Below are positions 37,480 through 42,140 of a stretch of DNA of 42,140 nucleotides, one piece after another. The stretch is from Octopus bimaculoides. Its lineage: Eukaryota. The stretch is from positions 112,956,957-112,999,096 of the forward strand of contig NC_068984.1 of NCBI RefSeq assembly GCF_001194135.2, written 5' to 3'. A program made the translations under genes and the position numbers. The notes beneath the pieces were generated by a model. That model saw only the letters and a list, made by a program, of their open reading frames with translations. It was not told where the DNA came from and searched no databases. Within the stretch, counting starts at the first letter, position 1. Each line of letters begins with the position of its first letter.

Positions 37480-38640
37480 TCAAACAGTGTGAATAGCACT
37501 TACAGACATTGCTGATGCAAAGATCTACTTATAATGTATGTTGTAATTCTTTCAGACCGTAAAGAAAAATTCATGATGGGTTTGCCATGTACATTCATGA
37601 AGACGTCACGCCCTTAAACCTACTGTCACATTCAAACGTAACCTATGATACAATAATAGTAAATATAGGGTAAAGGGCAAAGATCCCCTTCGGTCATGAA
37701 TGACCATGAGATTGCACTTAGAAAGTGACACCTTCCCACCGAAGAACAAGTTCGTGTAAGGTTGTTTTATGGAAAGCCAGCAGTCGACTATGAATACCAG
37801 CTACCCGTCTCTGCACCACCGATAGTATCCAAGTGAAAGGCAAGGGCCAATGCAGCTTGGCACCAGTGACACCCCAACTCATTTCTACAGGTGAGTGAAC
37901 TGGAGCAACGTGAAATAAAGTTTCTTGCTCAAGAACACAAGACAAAGCTCCGGGAATCGAACTCACTACCTCATGATTGTCAGCTCGACGCTCTAACCAC
38001 TGAGCCATACGCCTTTACATACAGTACATATAAAGTACATATAAAGCGTCGCTGTATGGTAATATGCACATTATATAGTCCACCTGTCGTCACAAAATCA
38101 CGATGGTAAATTTTTTGAAAGTCTTTGAACGATAATAGAAATACTAACGAAATTACATCAACAAAGACATGAACTTCTGATGAGCGACTATAACTTCACT
38201 AAAATCAGTTGGTCCGAAGGCAATATGATCTGAAAAATGTCACTTCATGAACAATATAAGCCGAATCTCTACTTGGTCTCACTAAAATGATATTCATCGA
38301 ATAAATACTACTGCATTGAATGAATGATGTTGCAACTCTAACCTCTGTCTATAAGATGAACCTCTTCCACAATGTGAAGATGACTCTATAATAGAACTCA
38401 TAATATATGATCCAAAGCAAAAAGAGGATGTATACCGTATAAGAAGTATCTGAGCTTTGCCAGCTTGAGTGTCTACAATGCTGTCTGGAAAGAGTTTGAA
38501 AAAGATATCTTGGAACAAAATTGGTCTGAGAATCTCTCCATGAAACTTGGAGAATGTATGTCAATAGAATAACCCATATGCTTTTAATTTGTCCCTGAGA
38601 GAACAAAGTACAAAAGTCTTTTGAGACTCTTCAACACGAG
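37480..38640 (+). mobile_element. CR1-clade LINE ORF2 AP-endonuclease remnant, split by a SINE
   Basis: Frameshifted motifs in order: IALT, DIADAKI, DRK..HDGFAMYIHEDVTPL..DTIIV, [SINE], MVICTLYSPP, LMSDYNFTKISWSEG, SLLGLTKMIFIE. Confidence 0.75.
37672..38015 (-). mobile_element. tRNA-derived SINE family D
   Basis: Head GGCGTATGGCTCAGTGGTTAGAGC...GAGTTCGATTCCCGG, core GTGTTCTTGAGCAAGAAACTTTATTTCACGTTGCTCCAG, tail CTTTGCCCTTTACCC. Confidence 0.9.
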
Positions 38641-39044
38641 AGAAATAACTATTACTATACACTTTCAATGATTGCTTCCTTGAACCCACTTAATGAAACC
38701 TTTCTTCTTTGAACTATCATTCGCAATACTAAATCTCCTTTAACGACACTTTTGTGCTCAGACTAACAAAGTGGTTGAACTGACAGTATTATTCAAAGTT
38801 TGATTTAATAATTACGTGTTTTATTTCCATACACTAATTAGAATCGTACTAACATCAAAGCAGATCTATTCCCATGAATACTCACTTATATACTTCATAT
38901 ATCAAAGGAAAAGTGCAGACTAATACACAAACAATACAAGTCTATCCATATTTATGTCATATATTGTGTATGTTTGTATATGTTATAGGTATATATACAC
39001 ATATATATATATATATACATATTAACACATACTCGTATATATAA

Positions 39045-39123
<79 letters not shown>

Positions 39124-39325
39124 GATAATATATTTGAAAATATGGTTATGAAACACGTGTAGTCATTTTTACTATTTTAATATTTATTACCTTGTACTTT
39201 GTTGGTTTTTATTATAGGTCTTTTTAATGTATTTACTTTTTTAATTTTGCTGTATGTGATTGTGGATTTTCATGGATGAATTAAATAATTGTGGGTTTTT
39301 TCTCTAAATTATATATTTTATATAG

Positions 39326-39375
<50 letters not shown>

Positions 39376-39510
39376 CATGGACTTTTCCGTCGTTAGACGA
39401 CGTATGAGGGTTCGGCAATTTCTTACCAAACAGCCACACAGATGATTTGTTTATCGTGATCAAATGTTTGTGTTCACGTAAGCTCACTCCCTCCATTAAA
39501 TCGACATTAC

Positions 39511-39567
39511 CTGTACAAGTGCACCATGTATCACATGTCCGATGACGGAATTATTTGGCGTAATGTA
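39511..39567 (-). CDS. Candidate 57-nt symmetric coding exon, unknown gene
   Basis: Acceptor GTACTGTTTTCCAG and donor CAG|GTAATG. Only phase 0 is open: YITPNNSVIGHVIHGALVQ. Confidence 0.45.
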
Positions 39568-40830
39568 CTGGAAAACAGTACTTTCTTTTAATATTTGTTG
39601 ACGCCAAATGAGAACACTACATAGATGAAAATTTTACCCAGAAATTTAATAGACGAAATAACAGGAGCATGTTTCAGCTATAATATACCTCCTTAGACTG
39701 CGGTATTTCTAACTCCCAAAGTCGTTTTAGCGAATAATGTTTATGAAATTCATGTAAAATAACAAATGCAGTAAACCGAATTTTATATGGTTCAATCTCC
39801 TATATAATCTCAATATAAAAACTCAATGTAGATAAACATACTTGTCATTATTAAATAAGCGTTTCCAGACCCACAGATATTTTTACACTGTTTTCATCTG
39901 CAGCTACTGCTGTATGTATTATATAGCTTCACAAATCAGGTAGTACCAACTAAATCCCCTAAGCAGCTAATCCATGTCTACTTGAAAAATAATCCAGACC
40001 TGTCCATTAAATGGGTCATTCCATCTTAATGTTATAGTATACAGAACTTGGGTAACACCAAGCAGTGGTATATAGAGAATCTGTACTGAAATCAGAATGC
40101 ATACGCATAATGGCAGATTCAAGTAGTGCACATTTTCTTTCGGAGCGAGTGATAGAACGAAGACTACCTCTCTTTCATGGTATATTTGGAAACTGAAGGA
40201 AAACACAGTTGAAATATTCTTGTAGTTTGATGCATAGTACATACAGCAAAACTATCCAATATTGCACAAAATGGTAGATATTTTACATACTAAACATGTG
40301 GTACACTATGCGCATTGGAGATATTTTACATACTAACCAAACAACCCCGTCAAATAAATAGAACGTATAGTCTGCAGTAAATATTTTTCTGGAGTAGATG
40401 GAGCTATGTGGAATGATAAATGATATGTGTACATGTACGTCTGAAAGTAGATGTATTTGTGAAGTGTTAGAGAAGAGTAGGAGGCATGCATGTTCTTGAG
40501 GTGAGAAGTCGGAGAAGTGTCGTGGTTCAGAGCTGTAAATTTTTTTGAAAAGAGGTGTGTAGTATATATATATTTATAAAAAACAAACAAACGAAAAAAA
40601 AGGGAGAACATGGTACACAGTTAGGTTTACAAACAACAAGAAATAACAACAGGTGTCTTTCGACTGAGAACAAATCAAACTGAACTGGCGTGTATGAAGT
40701 GAAAGCCTAAAGGCGGGAACATATGAGATGGACATAAGAGGTGTTGGCGGTCAGTAGTCAGGCCAAGAAAGAAGGATCATGGCTGGCCGGACGCCGGTCA
40801 CGTGGAAGGGGGGAGATGGGTAGGGGGCAA

Positions 40831-41075
<245 letters not shown>

Positions 41076-41452
41076 ATGAATATGTATGTATGTATATATA
41101 TTTGTGTGTGTATGTGTATGGTGATAGATAAACAGACAAGCAGACAGACTGTTAGACAGATAGATAGATAGATAGATAGACAGATAGATAGATATGAGTA
41201 CCATTAATTCTGTGTTTACGTCTCTGCTATCTTTCCATTGATTTACTTAACAATTCTTAATTCTTCCTAAAATTCCCTCTTTACATTTTATCTTCCAGTT
41301 CTTCACCGTCTCTCCTCTCTGTCACTCTTTTTTCTATATCTTTGATTTTATCACTTTTTTCCTCGTTTTCCGTTCTATGTGTTTATCTCTCATCGATCTG
41401 GCGTTCAGTATAATTTCTCTCTCAATCTCCCCAATCTCTCACTCTTTCTCTT

Positions 41453-41483
<31 letters not shown>

Positions 41484-42140
41484 TTTTTCTCTCTCTCTCT
41501 ATCTCTCTCGGTTTTTCTTTCTTCGTCTTATACGCAATGCAACCTCTGGGATTTAACAAACACACACTGACACACGTATATATGTAGACATACATATTAC
41601 CCACAGGCATATACTCTCTTACGCACACATACATTATGCATGTATGTAAGTATGTATATGTATATATGTATAAATATATAAGTATACGTATATGCATATA
41701 CATACATATACAATATACATATATTTTTATGCACAAGTGTGTACATATGTATATATAAGTGTATGTATATGCGTGCATATATAAGTATATGCATATATGT
41801 ATATACAAATATATATATATGTATATATTTATGTATATATATGTATGTTTGTATGTAAATATATATATATATCAAAATACGCAACAAGGATATCCAGAGG
41901 TAATGCAGTGCGATCGTTTCAGGTGTCTCCATTTAATTGAACAATGTAAACATTACATCAAATATAAAATGGAGAGCAATCTTCAGCTGCACAAAGACAT
42001 AGAAATTTAGAAATTTAATGAAATTAAATTTGAGCAGAAGGGCATATTTTTATAATTAGATCTAAACTCTCCAAGTAGAAAGGAGGAATACAGAAAACAC
42101 CATTTTGACTTAGCCAGACCATATATATATATACATATAT

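Noticed and set aside
37940-38015. tRNA gene (also the head at 8339)
   Set aside because: The D and T arms are tRNA-like, but there is no paired acceptor stem or T-run terminator and it continues into a SINE body.
39384-39550. Inverted repeat TTCCGTCGTTAGAC / GTCCGATGACGGAA as a MITE
   Set aside because: Only 11/14 match with no TSD, and it overlaps a better-supported candidate exon.

Overview
Eukaryotic, AT-rich, repeat-dominated scaffold window with 9 N-gaps (about 3.1 kb in total) and many microsatellites. The SINE repertoire looks like an octopus (cephalopod) genome; this is inference from pattern recall, not a search. No intact gene is identifiable, and most long ORFs in the track are microsatellite or N artefacts. 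Supported content: about 30 tRNA-headed SINE copies of several families; two internally deleted DD37D (maT-type) Tc1/mariner remnants; CR1 endonuclease and 3'-end remnants; an RTE C-terminus; an R4/Dong-type RLE retrotransposon ending in (TAA)n; a Helentron-type non-autonomous element; two MITEs; and two minisatellites. Several small minus-strand candidate exons may belong to a large-intron gene. The most unusual signal is SINE insertion behaviour. Three separate dimers share one junction inside the SINE A-box region, and three tandem arrays carry a triplicated 14-17 bp target sequence. One SINE family also shares its 3' tail with the CR1 remnant. I did not find a convincingly new protein-coding system.
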